From: Klebsormidium nitens
Taxonomy: Eukaryota > Plantae > Klebsormidiophyceae
Direction of reading: 5' to 3'
Length of the DNA: 64,000 bases
Assembly: GCA_000708835.1 (NCBI GenBank)
Contig: DF237421.1
Location: 1 to 64,000, forward strand
Position numbers and translations under genes: made by a program. Shown piece after piece: positions 10,923 to 24,055 of the stretch. Below the pieces are notes generated by a model. The model did no database searches. It saw only the letters and a program-made list of their open reading frames with translations, and was not told where the DNA came from. Positions within the stretch are counted from its first letter, which is position 1; each line of letters starts with the position of its first letter.

Positions 10923-13900
10923 CTACATAAACGCGCCCGCCCCCTCGTCCTCGCCTCCGTCGTCCACGTCGTCTCCCTCCTGCCCCTCGTCTTCCTCCTC
11001 TAGTTCGTCTTCTTCCGCATCGGGGTCCAACCCCTGCGCAAACAGCGCACGATTTTAGGCGACCAGTTACGAAACTGGATGCACGTGCTGACTCTCCGGA
11101 AAGTCGTTTCGTTGTAGCGCCTCACCTTCCTCCTCTGGCTCTTCTTAGCTTTCGTACCATCTCTAGTACTTGACCCAAATACTTCCAAACGCAGTATCCT
11201 GCCGACTTGCCCAGCATCCTTCTTTACCCGCCAATAATCTCTCGGCAGCCCAACAGAAAGCAGACCCAGTACACACAACACAGAACACGGAACACAAAAC
11301 ACAGATGAAAAACCGCAAAGTCCTCCCTGACCTTCATGAGATTTCTATGCGCGCCAGCCCCATCAGAGTTTCAGCCCATCAGCAACCCCAATACAAACCT
11401 CAAAAATCAAACCCAATTTTCCAATGCCACAACGTCTGTGCAAAACCTCAAAACCCAAACCCAAATTCTATCCCTCCCCCCCACCTTCATGAGCTTTTCT
11501 AGACGCGCCAGCCCCGCCTGCGCCTCCTTGCTGCGCGGGTTCATCGCGAGCGCGATCTGGAAGTGCGACAACGCCTCGCTGTGCTTGCGCTGCGCCATGA
11601 GCACGCCCGCCAGCCGCGAGTGGACCGAGTCCTTCTTGTGCGTTTCCAAGTGTCGTTGTAACCTGCAAGCGAGGTATTGATTCAGCCTGTCTTCGTTGAG
11701 CATCATCATCAACTTGAGTTGCAATCAGCTTTGATGAGGTGTTAGTCGACCGGTAGCTAAAACTGCGCGTTAACCAAGTCCTTCTTGTGCGTTTCGAGAT
11801 GGCGTTGTAACCTGCGAGTTAGGTATGAATTCAGCTTCTCTTTGTTTCGCATCTTCGATTTGAGTTGCTATTAGTCGACAGGTAGCTTTAATCGCGCGTT
11901 AAGTGGGTTCTTCGTGTGCGTTTCGAGATGCCGTTGTAACCTGCAAGGTAGGTGATTATTCAGCCTCTCTTTGGGAAGCATTGTCGATTTGAGATGCGAA
12001 AGAGTTTGTGGGCATCTCCAAGGGTGTACAGGACATCGAGATGCCAGCTGGCAACCCAGTTCCCGCTTTTGCGGATCGCTTGGGGGGTCCTTGCTCTTGA
12101 CACCGCGCTGCTGGTGTGCCAAACGTCGCTTGTCGGAAAACTGGAATTTCTCGTCAGGCAACCCTTTGAATACAAGCCAAAGCTTCGATAGACTGGAGTC
12201 TGTAAGAGGGCTGAGAGCGATCAGACCCTCCTAGCAGCTTCAAAAAGAAACGTTTGCAAGCGCTTAGAAAGCATATTCCGTTAGGCACAGCAAAGGCAGC
12301 AGCGACGCCCGCCTTTACGAAAGAGGGTAGTGTGGTTCACTTAAAGGTCCGTTGCTTGTTTTTCTAAGAAAAGTCGTCCTTCTCGCTGGCATAACTTCGA
12401 CAAAACTCAAAGCGATGAAATCTGTGACAGGGTTAGTAGTATTCGAAACCTTCTAGCAGCATCGATGCGCATTAAATCCGAGGAAGCGGAAAAAGGAGCT
12501 GTGTAAGGCACAGCAAGGGCAGCAACGACAACCACCTTCACCGAAAATACTAATTGAAGTCACTTACAGCTGTTGTGCGTCCCCTAGTCGGTCCTGCATT
12601 TGGTACAGCTCCGCCAGGCCCAGTATCGCTTCCAGGCACTTGGGATCCACCGCTAGCGCCCGCTCGAACTGGGCGTGGGCCTGCATTAGGTGTGACCGGA
12701 ATGAGCGACCTTCGTCCGATTCAAGTGGCGTCAAACATTGGCAGATTGCTTGAGAAACGCTGTAGCTGAAGGAAATACTCAGCAGCATTGACGTTGTCCG
12801 TGGTTTTGCAGGTCACCCGCCTTACGTTGGATGACCGGGCGCTGTCTTGATAGAGACGATTGTCCACACTGAAATAGGGAGTGGGAGGCTGTAAATTTCT
12901 CGGTCCCCTCGCACCCCCACGTTCGCGATCGCAAGACCCAGAATCAGACCCTTCGCTCCTGTTTCTAAAAGTGGGTCTTGCGTCTACATCTGAAGTGGAC
13001 TCTACCTATTGCTGTCAAAGTGGGCCCCCCCTTATGCAGCCGCTGCAGCTAAACCGGGGGCGAGGGCATACGTCTCTTACTGCAAAGGGTGTACACGCGT
13101 TGCGCCAGGGGTTATCGAGATGAACGAAGTGGCCCTTACCCGTTGTCCCTGGTCTAGGTGCATGTACGCAACGCCCGGTAAGCACACCGCCCGCGCGGAG
13201 CCCGGCATCGCTTTCGCGGCTTCCTTGGCGACCACTAGCGCCTCCTTCGGCTTGGCTACGGACAGGGACGCTTTGACTAGACCTGAACGAAGAGAAAACG
13301 GCACGGGCTATATCTGTATGAACTTGCTATAAGACATTGTAGCTCCAGCGATTTGAAGATTCTCCGTAGTAAGCCAACGTTTGGATTTAAGTACGTTCGA
13401 GAGAGCTTTCAAAATCTGCACGGCGATCAGAAGTCGTTTTCAGCCAGCTGGTTCTCAGCGAGCGACGTTCGGCCAGCGCCCACGTGTTCAGAACACAGGG
13501 TCAGAAGAGAGGACCCTGTTTCAGTTGCGTGTGTGGAAAGAGGTGAGTCGCACAAGTGGCAAAAGACCCCGTCGTAGCAAAAGTCCTCCTGTTCCCTCGA
13601 GGCTGGGCTAACCTGAAAGTTACCCGGGGCCAACAGGAAAGGCATCAGAACCTCTGTACTTCGAATTCAGGTCGAAAGTCAGAGGTCCAAAATTCGGACA
13701 GCACCACTCTATAACCGATGCCAAGAGCTGCTCTGATCGGCAAATTTTTCCTTTCCGCCAGTGCGAAACTACACAAAGCTGAGAAGGTTTTCAACTTCAG
13801 ATTTGGATCAGCTGTAAGAGAATTATCAACCGGATCCAGCTGCAAGGCGCGGCAACGATTCTCACCTTCAAAGCCCTGCAAAGTCGGGTCAAGTTGAAGG

Positions 13901-16900
13901 GACCGCCGAAAGGCCGCGACGGCGGCCTCCGCTCTACCCATAGAGAGACACAAGTTACCCTGCAGCGAAAAGCCCAGAAGTTTGTCAGTAACGAACGACG
14001 ACGGAAATGTTGATTCGTACTTACGCAAAAATCCCCCTGTACCATCCCTGAGTCCTCAGTTTTTCACACAATAGGAGAGACTCCTCAGATTGCATGCAAA
14101 ACGAGCTCTGAAGCACTCCAAGAGCCCGATCGACGTCAGTCGTCTTTTGAGGGTGTCAGATTTGAATTTGTTCTTGGATGAACAAAAGACGCTGCGACGT
14201 CGGGGAAAACAATATACCACTGGTCGCATATACAAACGCAGAAAACCTGCAGGAACTTAAGAGCTTTCATCCGACAGGGGAGCCTCTGAAGCTTATGCTC
14301 CGCAACGTTGATTCTTAAGTTCCGTTCACAAGGTTCTGTCTGAAGCGGGGCAATGCAAAGGGAGTGCGCAAGACGACGTACCCGTATATAGTACGCCAGC
14401 CCATGTCGATCGTTCGCCTTGATCGCCTGCACAAAAGAAAGACGCTTGTTTACAATCTTACTTTCGTCTTCTGTCAACCTCAGTCCAACAACTGCAGACC
14501 GCATATCTGAAAACACACGTAGCATTCCGCTCGCTTCTCTTACCGCAGATTCCCCTCAGCTACTCTGATTAACCGCTCTTTGCACCAATACCGCTCAAGA
14601 AACCAACGCATATGCTTTTGACCAACTCTCTTGTCACGTCACTGACGTAGAGACGAGGAGCATATGCCATCAGCAAGACTGGTGAAGCGGACAAAGGTCC
14701 GTGCTACAGTGATGACGTCGTCAGCGCCACGTCACCTTGTCTGCGTACGTCAGCGCCTTCGGCAGGTCCTCGCGCGCCTCCCAGAAGATGGCCGACGCCA
14801 CCCAGCTCTCCGGGCACCGGTAATCCGTGCTCAAAAGCTCGTGGGTTAGCCTGCAGGGTCAACGTAAACTGTGGTCAAAGGAGGGAAGCTGATTCAGGAG
14901 GTCGTGTGTAAATCTACTAGGGGATCGGTACTCAGCAGCTCTTGGGTTAGTCTGCAAAACCAATATAGAAGCGTGCCTCAGAAAGGAAACTAGCTCAGGA
15001 GATCGTGTGACAGGCTGGTTAGGTTTTCCTTCACCAGCAGCAACTTACGTGGGGCAAATTATTTTATCGACCTCACTTTGAAGGAATCTTAACGTGGATA
15101 TGTTGACAGAAGAGATACCCAGCGCTCGCTGACATTGGCAACTTTAACAGTCTCTCTCAGACGTACATCTGGGCAATGGCAAGGATCTACTATGAACCCC
15201 GCACTCAATCCACGAGCTCGATTGCACAGATTGACACTCCCTCAGCGGCATGGCGCAGCGATCCAAACTCTCGACCTATCTCGCAACCTCAGATGTGACA
15301 CGATCCGAAAAATACGTAGATTCAAAGCCCAAAATTCCAGAAGCCATAGAAGCACGCCTTTGGACTCACTTGTTCAGGTCAGCAATCTCGCCTTGTGACC
15401 TCAGCAGAAACGCGTACCGGTCCATTTGCGTGAGGATTCCCGGGTCCATCAGCCGCACCTTTTGGTACGTCACGCACGCGTCAGAGACGGCGTCGGACGC
15501 TGCTTCAGCCTGTAAGACACGTGAAACCTGATTTGGACGTCCTTGCAACTAATTCTTCCAAGATTGTCGTCAGGTCAAGCACACAAGATCAGGGTGAAAC
15601 GTCCTAGCCGCTAAAGACTCCGATTCTTAAGTTCGTATCTACTAACATATGCACGCTTACAGAAGGGGGTCGGAGAACGCTTTCTTTCGACAGGGAATAA
15701 AAAGCGAGGGCTTTGCTGGACGATAATTCTCGCTTCGGACGTGTCGAACTGCATCGGTGTACTGCATCCATTGGTCTATCCAATTTGACACGCACATATC
15801 GGAGTCAACGCCGAACGACGCGCCTTCCCTTACAAACCCAGGAGCCATGCGGAATCCGGTATGAATGACCCGTTCCAACGAGGGCTTTCACTAGATCAAA
15901 GGAAAGTCAGCGACACGCACAAGACAGCATCATTCGGCGTTATCGCATGGGGCGCCCTGTCATGAGCGCCATCGTAAGCAGGTAGATCGCCACGATTTGA
16001 GAACGCCTGGGGCACGGAAACTACAAATTCCCGGCTGTCCAACCGCGTGGTCACCAATTTTTAAGCATTCCGGATCGTCGATGGCTTCAAAAGCGAGAAA
16101 GCGGAGCAGAACTCTGTCCTACTAACAAAAGGCCTAAACCGGGCAGACCGGAGGCACTCAAGAAAATCCGGCCAATAGGGACTGAATGTTTGAGTGCGAC
16201 AAACGCGGCGATCTACCTGAAGCACGTGAGCCTTGAAACGCAGCGGACTCGCCATGCATAGACGCATGGAAAGCACGGACGCTTTTTGAGCGCCCGTCGT
16301 TGATCATCTCGAGCATGGAGTGCTGCGGCCAACTTGGTTGCGGTAGAGACTCAAAAAAAGCAGAAACAGTATCGTGACAACAAGGCGAAGAATAGAACGT
16401 CCAATCATGACCTGCGTGAGCGTCCGCTTTTCGCATCACGACTTTGGAAGGTGCTTGTACAGATACGGAGGGAAGAACGAAACAAAGACAGGAGGTGAGA
16501 AGCAAATGGAACGAGCACGGAGCAAGTATAAACGGAAGGGACAACCTAAAGACAACGCTAAACGCAAAAGAAGAGGAGGGAAAAACGAAACGAGCGCCGC
16601 ACCTTGGCCTGTTCGAGCATGAGGTGCTGCGCCCCGGGGAAGCGCTCCTGCAGCGCCCCCCAGTGGGCACGTGCCTTGCGGTGCTCGTGCGCCGCGGCTG
16701 CCACGTGGCCCTCCACGAATTGCTGCAAAGGAGAAATGAGGAGACTCTCGGTTCTAGAACCATAGGCGGTACGGGTGGGAATGTTCAGAGCGATGTTGGA
16801 ATGGCGCTTAGAGTTGATTCGGTGTGTGAAGTATGTGATTTCGGGTAGAACTTCGATGGCCTTGCCTGGGGGAATGGCCCTGTCAAAGCAGCTTTGTATC

Positions 16901-19900
16901 AAACGTATCGAGAATCATAGGACGTGGAATAAGCGATTGATTGAAGACTGTCAGAGGCGGTGGCGGGCCTTCCAAATGAGACAAGCGATGAACGACGGCA
17001 TTCGAAGATTCTCGGCAGCGGCGGTTCTCCGTGAAAACTTTCAACGATGCACCTTGCCCTCCCTTTCAAGCGGCGGAAGATCATTTCTGATCTCGCATCC
17101 CGTGTTTGTTATTTTTGAGGCCACACAAAGTCTTACAACCAGGACGCAGGCCCGAGCAGCGTAGATGGGCGGAGCTTTCATAGAACGTCCGACACCCAAC
17201 CTCAACCGGTGAGATCAAGTCGGAAACCCTTCCCTATGCGGACCTAAAACCGCAAATCGCAGCGAACGTCCGACACCCAAACGACTCCAGGTACGCCCGG
17301 CGATCTTTACGCTCGATTGTCAGCCTCATGCTTTTAAGATTGAATGAAGTTTGATTTCGAAGCGGACGTCCAGCGGACCTGAAGCCAGAGAGCGGGGTCG
17401 AGCGGATCGGTCGAAAGATCGCGGGAGCCGAAGACGGGCGGGGGCGGCATTGGGAGCAGGTCCTGGATCTCGCGCGTCGGCGTGCGCAGCCGGGCGAGTG
17501 CCACGTGGCACTCCAACATGTACGGGCACTGCCTGCAGAAAGTGATGGGGAACGTCGATTTGAAGTGACATAACAAGACGTTAAAACGTTCACAACAATT
17601 CTGAGACTCTTATCATGACGTGGCAATGCATGCGGGCCGGTCGCATCTGCGTTGCAAGGAAGCAAACACGTCGAACTGATTAACTGCTTTTCAAAGTTCG
17701 TCGGTGTGCAGAACGGACGAATGTCAAACCACCAGGAGCTATGGACACGCGAAACCTTTGGGCATAGGAGCACAATCGAAGGTGAGTTCGCATCAATTTA
17801 TTGCTCGTAATTTGTGCTGAGATATAAGTTGTCAATGAAGCAAAGTGAACCGTCAAATAATCACGGAGGTCATGTCATCAAGCTCTTTCATCTGTTGATC
17901 GATCGCAAAGTGCAATCAACATTAAAGAGCAGTGCGTTCGTCGATCCAAGGAAAGTGCATATTCACACAATCTGCAGTCTGGGCCTATTCGAACTGACTG
18001 AAGGTGGAGCTGAATTGCAAGGCGTCGTGTGGATAACTCATAGGCTGCACGGGGCTCACCTAAGGCACTCTCGGTGGCATGCAATCGCGGCCCTGCACAA
18101 GACGAAGAATCTTCATCGATACAACTGCCCGGGAGTTGGTCGAGGTTTGTTTCCGGTGTCTAGAACCCTTTCCAATCAAGCCCTGGCTCAAATGCCGGGC
18201 CAAGATTAAGGGCAGCCTAGGAATCGTGATGAAATGTTTGTCGTGCCTGTCCTTAATTGGCAACCCGGGGATTTGGGCTTAACCCAGAAGCCTAAGTCAT
18301 GTGGGTGCACGAACTTGGTCGGGTAGACTCCCTGGATAGATCGTCCGCAACTTATGAACCATATCAACGCCCCCACTTCTCAGCAACCAGATTCGTGCAC
18401 AAAGAGTTTCGCGATTGTCCCCAGCCACGCCACATTCCGGCGCACACAGGTTTGACGAGAACTCCAGGAACAGGGGACAACCAAGAGAGGGCAACGAAGG
18501 CCACCGCAACTTTGAAAGACGCCATTGTGGCGTCAAAGGGCAGGAAACGGCAGCGGTGCAGATTATCTATGGCCAGATGAGGTCGGTGTAAGGATAGATA
18601 AGGTGCCGGTCAAGAGAAAAGCCAACGGGAGAGAGAGAGCCCACCTGTCGTATCCATGATATTGGTATAACCGCGCCAGACAGAGGTTCATCGCCAAGGT
18701 GCGGGCACGGGACGGAACCGTTTCTAACTGCAAACGGCCGGATCCAGATTCAGAACGGGGTTTCAAGGGTCAATCTACAGCTAGCATGTCCAAACCGCGT
18801 TGGATTCGAAAACATTGCAGGGTGATGAAAAAGGCACACAGATGCAGGATAGAACGTTGGACTTTCATCGATCGAACCCTGCAGCCCCAGAACTTAGTTT
18901 TAACTCGTTCACATCGAAGCACCCACAACCTGCTTAAGGCCAAACTCGTTTCTCCTTTAACGTCGTAGACTCGTTTCGAAGCAGGAGTCAGGGGAGTAAA
19001 CCGATACTCCGAATCCTCGTAGCAACTTGACTATCATGGTTCGACCGCAGAACCACGCATAAACTCTCATCGACATATGCAGTTCCTAATGCGTAAATCC
19101 TGCAAGCATATCAAAGTCTCCAATCTCACCTCCTGGAGCGCCGCCCTCATCTCATTGAGCGACAGGTGGCACTGCGCCATTCGATACTTGACTTCGTTCT
19201 CATCAATTCTTCCCGTTCCTTCGGGGGTCTGCTCAGCAGCGCCCAGGACCCCCCCAAAACCGGAGCGCCCAATTCCGGACTTGCCGGCGTGGCTCGCCAG
19301 CTGTAGGGCTGCTCGATATTCAGCCTACGAGAAGATGAAGGTGAGTAAGCGACCCAAGACGTAAGAAACCCGAAACAAAGAGAGCATGATCAGGGACTCA
19401 TTTTAGTGCCTGCTCAAGTGGGCGGAGGTTTCCACCGCAAGTCACTCAAAACTGTACCTCTCATTCAATCGATCCGCTGCCAATCCCCCTCAAGATCCAC
19501 ATAAAATGAGAATGATAGAGAACCTTGGTTGAGAGTAAGTAACTGCGTAAGGGGCACTGCTTAACCTGCCACGAATGCCGAAAAGACCGGGTCCTCATGA
19601 CAACTCACCAGCGCTCGCCGGTACTGCTTTGTCCCTCGATATGCGTCAGCGAGAAGGATCTGGCACATGCAAACGACGAAGTCGTGAGGCCGATTCCCTT
19701 GCAACTTCAAGCGGCGAGCACCAGCCAGAGAACCTGCCATCACCTTCTAAGATGCTTTATCTTAAGCCAGCCCTTGATTCATTTCTAGTAAACAAAAGGA
19801 GGGGCTTGACATTATCTAAAGTGCTGATATCTCCAGAGTGCAGAAAGTGTTCAAATCAGCAGGTGCTATCCGCACCACCCTTTCTCAGTGTCAGACTTAC

Positions 19901-20667
19901 TCGAATGGAAGGAAGTGCCCATGTTTACATTTGCTTGCACTTTTGACACCTGTGGGGGCAAAATTATGCGTTGTGTGTCCCTTTAGCCCTCGGTGGATGC
20001 TTGCTCACCATGTTTTCCGCGTGTTGCATTGCATCCACGTCAGGCAGCGTCGACTCAGCAGCAAGCAACAATTGCGCCTGCAAAAAGAACAGCTTCCGCC
20101 ACGCTGAAGCTTTGCACCCCTCAATCATTGCTGTCGATGAAATAACCGGCTGGCTTAGTAGAAATAGACCGCCCGCAGTAGTTGCTGATCGACCCTTCTA
20201 GCGGTCCAATCAGGGCCCATTGCTCAGCAACCACAAGTTGGCCCTGGTTGCTGAGTGGGGCGACAGGAAAGCCCATCAGCAATTCCATGACGTATATGTG
20301 TGTACAATTTTCAACATCAAATGAGAAACAGGTGGCGCAATGGCAACAAACCTGCCAATCAAGTCACCACTTCTCAGCCGGGCAATTCATTAGTGCCGGA
20401 CTCCAATTGCTCACAAGTGACATGGACAATCCCCAAACAGTCCAATCTCTCCGTGCATTTGGACTCATCGCAGCAAGAACCCAAAGCCAGCCAAACAGCC
20501 CTGCAATTTGCTGATTCTCCGCAAAAACATCCGCCCATGCTAAGACCAACTTGGCCCTCATTCTGATCAAAGCGGGCCTCGATAGGCAGGCACCTTACCA
20601 TCAGCTCTGCAGACTCGTGCAGGCCCTCCTGCAGGAAGAACCGGAGCTGTCGCTGCATCACCTCCAT
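10923..20667 (-). CDS. APC7: Anaphase-promoting complex subunit 7 (TPR protein, 570 aa, 16 exons)
   Basis: Exons: 20599-20667, 20009-20077, 19609-19659, 19130-19324, 18645-18727, 18060-18092, 17379-17532, 16603-16722, 15370-15509, 14736-14850, 14382-14426, 13866-13959, 13140-13282, 12568-12680, 11485-11662, 10923-11033 (1713 nt, open frame). Matches recalled plant APC7 throughout: MEVMQRQLRFFLQEGLHESAELM, ENEVKYRMAQCH, HRECLRQCPYMLE, GLARLEKLMKGLDPDAEEDE plus an acidic tail. Confidence 0.95.
11775..12005 (-). repeat. Two intronic echo copies of the APC7 exon-15 acceptor plus exon start
   Basis: The real junction tgcag|GTTACAACGACACTTGGAAACGCACAAGAAG (exon start 11662) is repeated with decoy exon starts at 11811 and 11940. 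Flanking intron sequence is duplicated too. Confidence 0.9.
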
Positions 20668-20904
20668 GGCGCCCTTCCCTGAAGCTGAACTTTAATTTAA
20701 TAGTTCAACTTCAAGTTCAAGTGGTGGAGAAGATTTTGTCGAGATTACTGAGGGTAATACGTTCTTGCATTCTAAGCCCTGAGGCTGCATGGGCACCCGG
20801 CAGGTGATGGAGAGGTCGGTTTCTCATTTCGACGAGCTGCTGAGTTCAGTCTTTGATATGGCATTGGTCTGGGTCGCATTGGTAGGTATTTGCGCTGAGT
20901 AAGC
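20668..20904. promoter_or_regulatory. Compact bidirectional promoter/UTR region shared by APC7 and the PPR-SMR gene
   Basis: The head-to-head start codons are only 237 bp apart. TSS positions are not determinable from sequence. Confidence 0.6.
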
Positions 20905-22922
20905 ATGGCTTTGGGCGCCTTGCGTTTCCTTGGGAGGGTCGCAGCTGCTGGCAGCCAGCTCGTCACCCAGCGGCTCTCTGGCCTTGTCAGCAGCGGGGGC
21001 ATTTGCAACCATCTGCACAGATCGCAGGGCACGTCTTTGCTTCCAAAGTTTAGCTGCTCCTGGCTGAGCGGTAGCAGAACTGCAACTGGGTCGTTCCCCA
21101 GACCTGCATTGGCGACGGAAACTTGCAGCTCACTACTCTCAGAGCAGGTACAGAAGCAATTTGGCCTGGGATGCTTCTTGCACAGTAGCACTGCGAGCGG
21201 GGATGGCAGCATGCGAGGAGCGCGGGAGCCTTTGACACTAGAATCGTGGAAGAGGTTGGGCGTAGAGCGGCAGGTGCTTGAGTTGAAGAGCCTCTCCATT
21301 GAGCAAAGGTGGCGGTTTCTAGAGAAGTTAGAAGCAAGTGGGCAAAGACCCACAATAGTCCACTGGACCACGGCCTTGCATGACGAAACGGGGTCCTTGA
21401 GCGTGGAGGTGCTTGTGGCTCGAGTGGAAGAGCTCTGGAAGAAGGGCTACCAGCCAAATGCTATCACGTACGGCGTGCTTTTCTATGCTTGTAGGCGGCA
21501 GTTCCGATTAGAAGATGCTTTTGTGATCTGTAGGGACATGCTTGGCCACTCAGTCCAGCCCCAGCGACAGACCTTCCTGACACTCGCAGTACTACTCAAG
21601 GAGTCATTTGCGAGCAGCAGGTCTGCCCCACTCATTGCGCCTCACAGCAAAGGGATGTTCTATCTTCAAGTTCTCCATGCAGAGCTGCACGCTTGGGGAG
21701 TACCCATAGATGTCCCAATTGCATGTGCCCTGATGAGAGCGCTAGTGGAGTTGTGTGGGAAGGCAAGGTTGCACTCTGGGGGAATCAAGCTTGCAAAGGA
21801 GATGCAGATGGCAGTTCGCAACCAAGGCCTTGAATCGAGTGACGCACTCTGCGCAGCAATCATCGAGTGCCTCACGACCAGGTTGGCAGACATGAGCATT
21901 GCAATCGATGCTCTGAACGAAATGAGAAGCTTGGGTGAAGAAGTTGGTTCAAAGACATATGCCGCTCTGGTAAAAGCCTACACTAAAAGGCACCAGTTTG
22001 AGGCCATACCACCGTTATTGCGTCGAGCAGAGTCGGAGGGAATTGCGTTTGATGCTAATAGCTTGGGGCATGTGATCAACGCTTTTGTCAAGACGGGTCG
22101 CAACCAGGAGGCTACGCAGTTATTTAAAGAAGCAGAGAAGGGTATAGTCATGAGCGCAATCCTTGTCTCGGAACACCTTCGCAATTTGTCAATCCAAGAA
22201 GATTGCCAAGAAATTCTACGGGTCTCCGCAAAGTATCGTGACTTGTTCGCCGTGGATGCCAGTCCTCGCGAGCGTGATCAGCAGTATCTTGTGCAAACAC
22301 TCGTAAATATTCTGGCGAATAACCCCACAGAAGAGGGCATTCATTTCATTTGCCAAGCTTTGGACGACTGTAGAAGTGGCTTGGCAACGGCATGTAGCAA
22401 TTTGCTCCGCAACCCAATCGAGGAGACTTGGAGAGCTTGCTTTGGGGTTCTGAAAGAATACCAAAGCATTACACTCTTGGAGCGCACGAAGTAGTACAAG
22501 AACTGAGCCAGTCTTTGTGGGCACTCGGAAGGAGATCAGATGCAGTAAAGCTCGTGGCAGGAGCAAGAGAAAATGACATGTTTCGAGATGTGATAATGGA
22601 TTTCAATAACGTGGTGCAACTAGATGTGCATTCTCTTAGGGTCAACACGGCTAAAGCGTTTCTCTACCTCGTTCTAAGAAGGCTTTTAGTGCAAAGTGGC
22701 AGTCAAGCATCTCAAGGTAAGCAACTTAGGTTGATTACTGGACAAGGACGTCATAGTCGTCGAGGAAATGTCGCTAAGGGTCAAACTATGCTTGTTGAGC
22801 TTAAAAAAGTATTGTTAGAATGTAGGTTTACGGCGTCTGATTTTAAGTTCTTGCCAGGTGGAGGGGCGTTTATTATCCTGGAGGCCAGTATTGAGCGCTG
22901 GTCGCACTTGTTGTTAGTTTAG
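20905..22922 (+). CDS. P-type PPR protein with C-terminal SMR domain and organellar presequence; intronless; interrupted by an apparent 1-nt frameshift near 22483-22490
   Basis: ORF 20905-22494 has an R/S/L/A-rich, acid-poor N-terminus and PPR repeats (KKGYQPNAITYGVLFYAC, TYAALVKAYTK, SLGHVINAFVKTGRNQEATQLFKE). The overlapping ORF to 22922 carries the expected continuation (LSQSLWALGRRSDA...QLDVHSL...LITGQGRHS = SMR). No plausible GT-AG intron joins the frames. Confidence 0.8.
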
Positions 22923-24055
22923 TGAGAACTGGTCACTTCGTGGGCACACGAGTCTCCTTATTCGGCAGACGGTCTGCAAGTCTACTTCTTTGATTTCAGT
23001 GGCCAGGAATAGTTGCCAACCACATGGGATTTTGGATTCGTTGCTACAGTCATGCAGTGTAAACTCAAATGTTGGGCGGCACGCACCGATGGTCACTTCT
23101 TTTTATACACGCTTAGGCACCTGGGCCCATGGCGCAGAAACAAGCAATTTCGGAGTTCGGGGGCTTCATCACCGATCAAGTCACTCCCTTATACACAGGA
23201 AACGAACTTCGTCATGCAATAATCAAACACGTCCGACGTAAGCACTACTCACCTCAGCAGGCTAACTTAAATAATCATATCTAATGCAGTCGCTGAGCTG
23301 GCAGCAACGGTGAGGCCTGGCCGCACCGTCGTCCATGCAGCCACTGGGCCAGTATCTTTTCAAGTTTGATCATCGATGATCCCGGTCTAATCAACATGAT
23401 TGAACTAAAAGCACAATCTGACTCTAGCTTGCATGACAACTGGGCCCGGCCGCCCGCATGTGTGCATGCATATATATGGCCTGGCAAGTTGGATCAGAGA
23501 TCTGGCATGTAAAACGTTATGAAAGATATGGCTAGATTGTCTGTAGACGATTTCACATGTTGTCCAGCTACAATCGCCTGTATACATCATGCGCGGCCGT
23601 GCGTAATGTGAAGCTGGACTAACTTCTGGGATTTGATTGCAAATTGCAAATGATTGCCAGGCTCGCACCGCACTGATTGACATACCATGCATCCCATGCC
23701 AAGCCTGTACGGTATCAATCATATTATCACATCTTCCAAAGGCTGCGCACATATCTAGCCAGACATGCAAACATAGCACGCACGGGGGGTGACCCCGTTC
23801 ACATAAGCAACGGGCATGTTTGAGCGCAATGGCTCAGACTTGCAGTGGTTTGAAACAACTTCCCAGCCGCACGTGCAACTTCATTCCATGACTGCATGTC
23901 AGCCACTCGGGCCGCAACAATTCTTTTGACGTTGGGATGGCCCCAATGAAGCACCAAGAAGTGCATCTTCATGCTGACTATGCTTTAGAAACAAGATCAA
24001 ACAACTTGTTTGTTGAGCCGTGGGATGTTTATTCAGCCAGGTCATTGCACGTGTC

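Noticed and set aside
15975-16230. Inverted repeat CAGGTAGATCGCC within APC7 intron 8
   Set aside because: About 20 bp and isolated, with no other element hallmarks.
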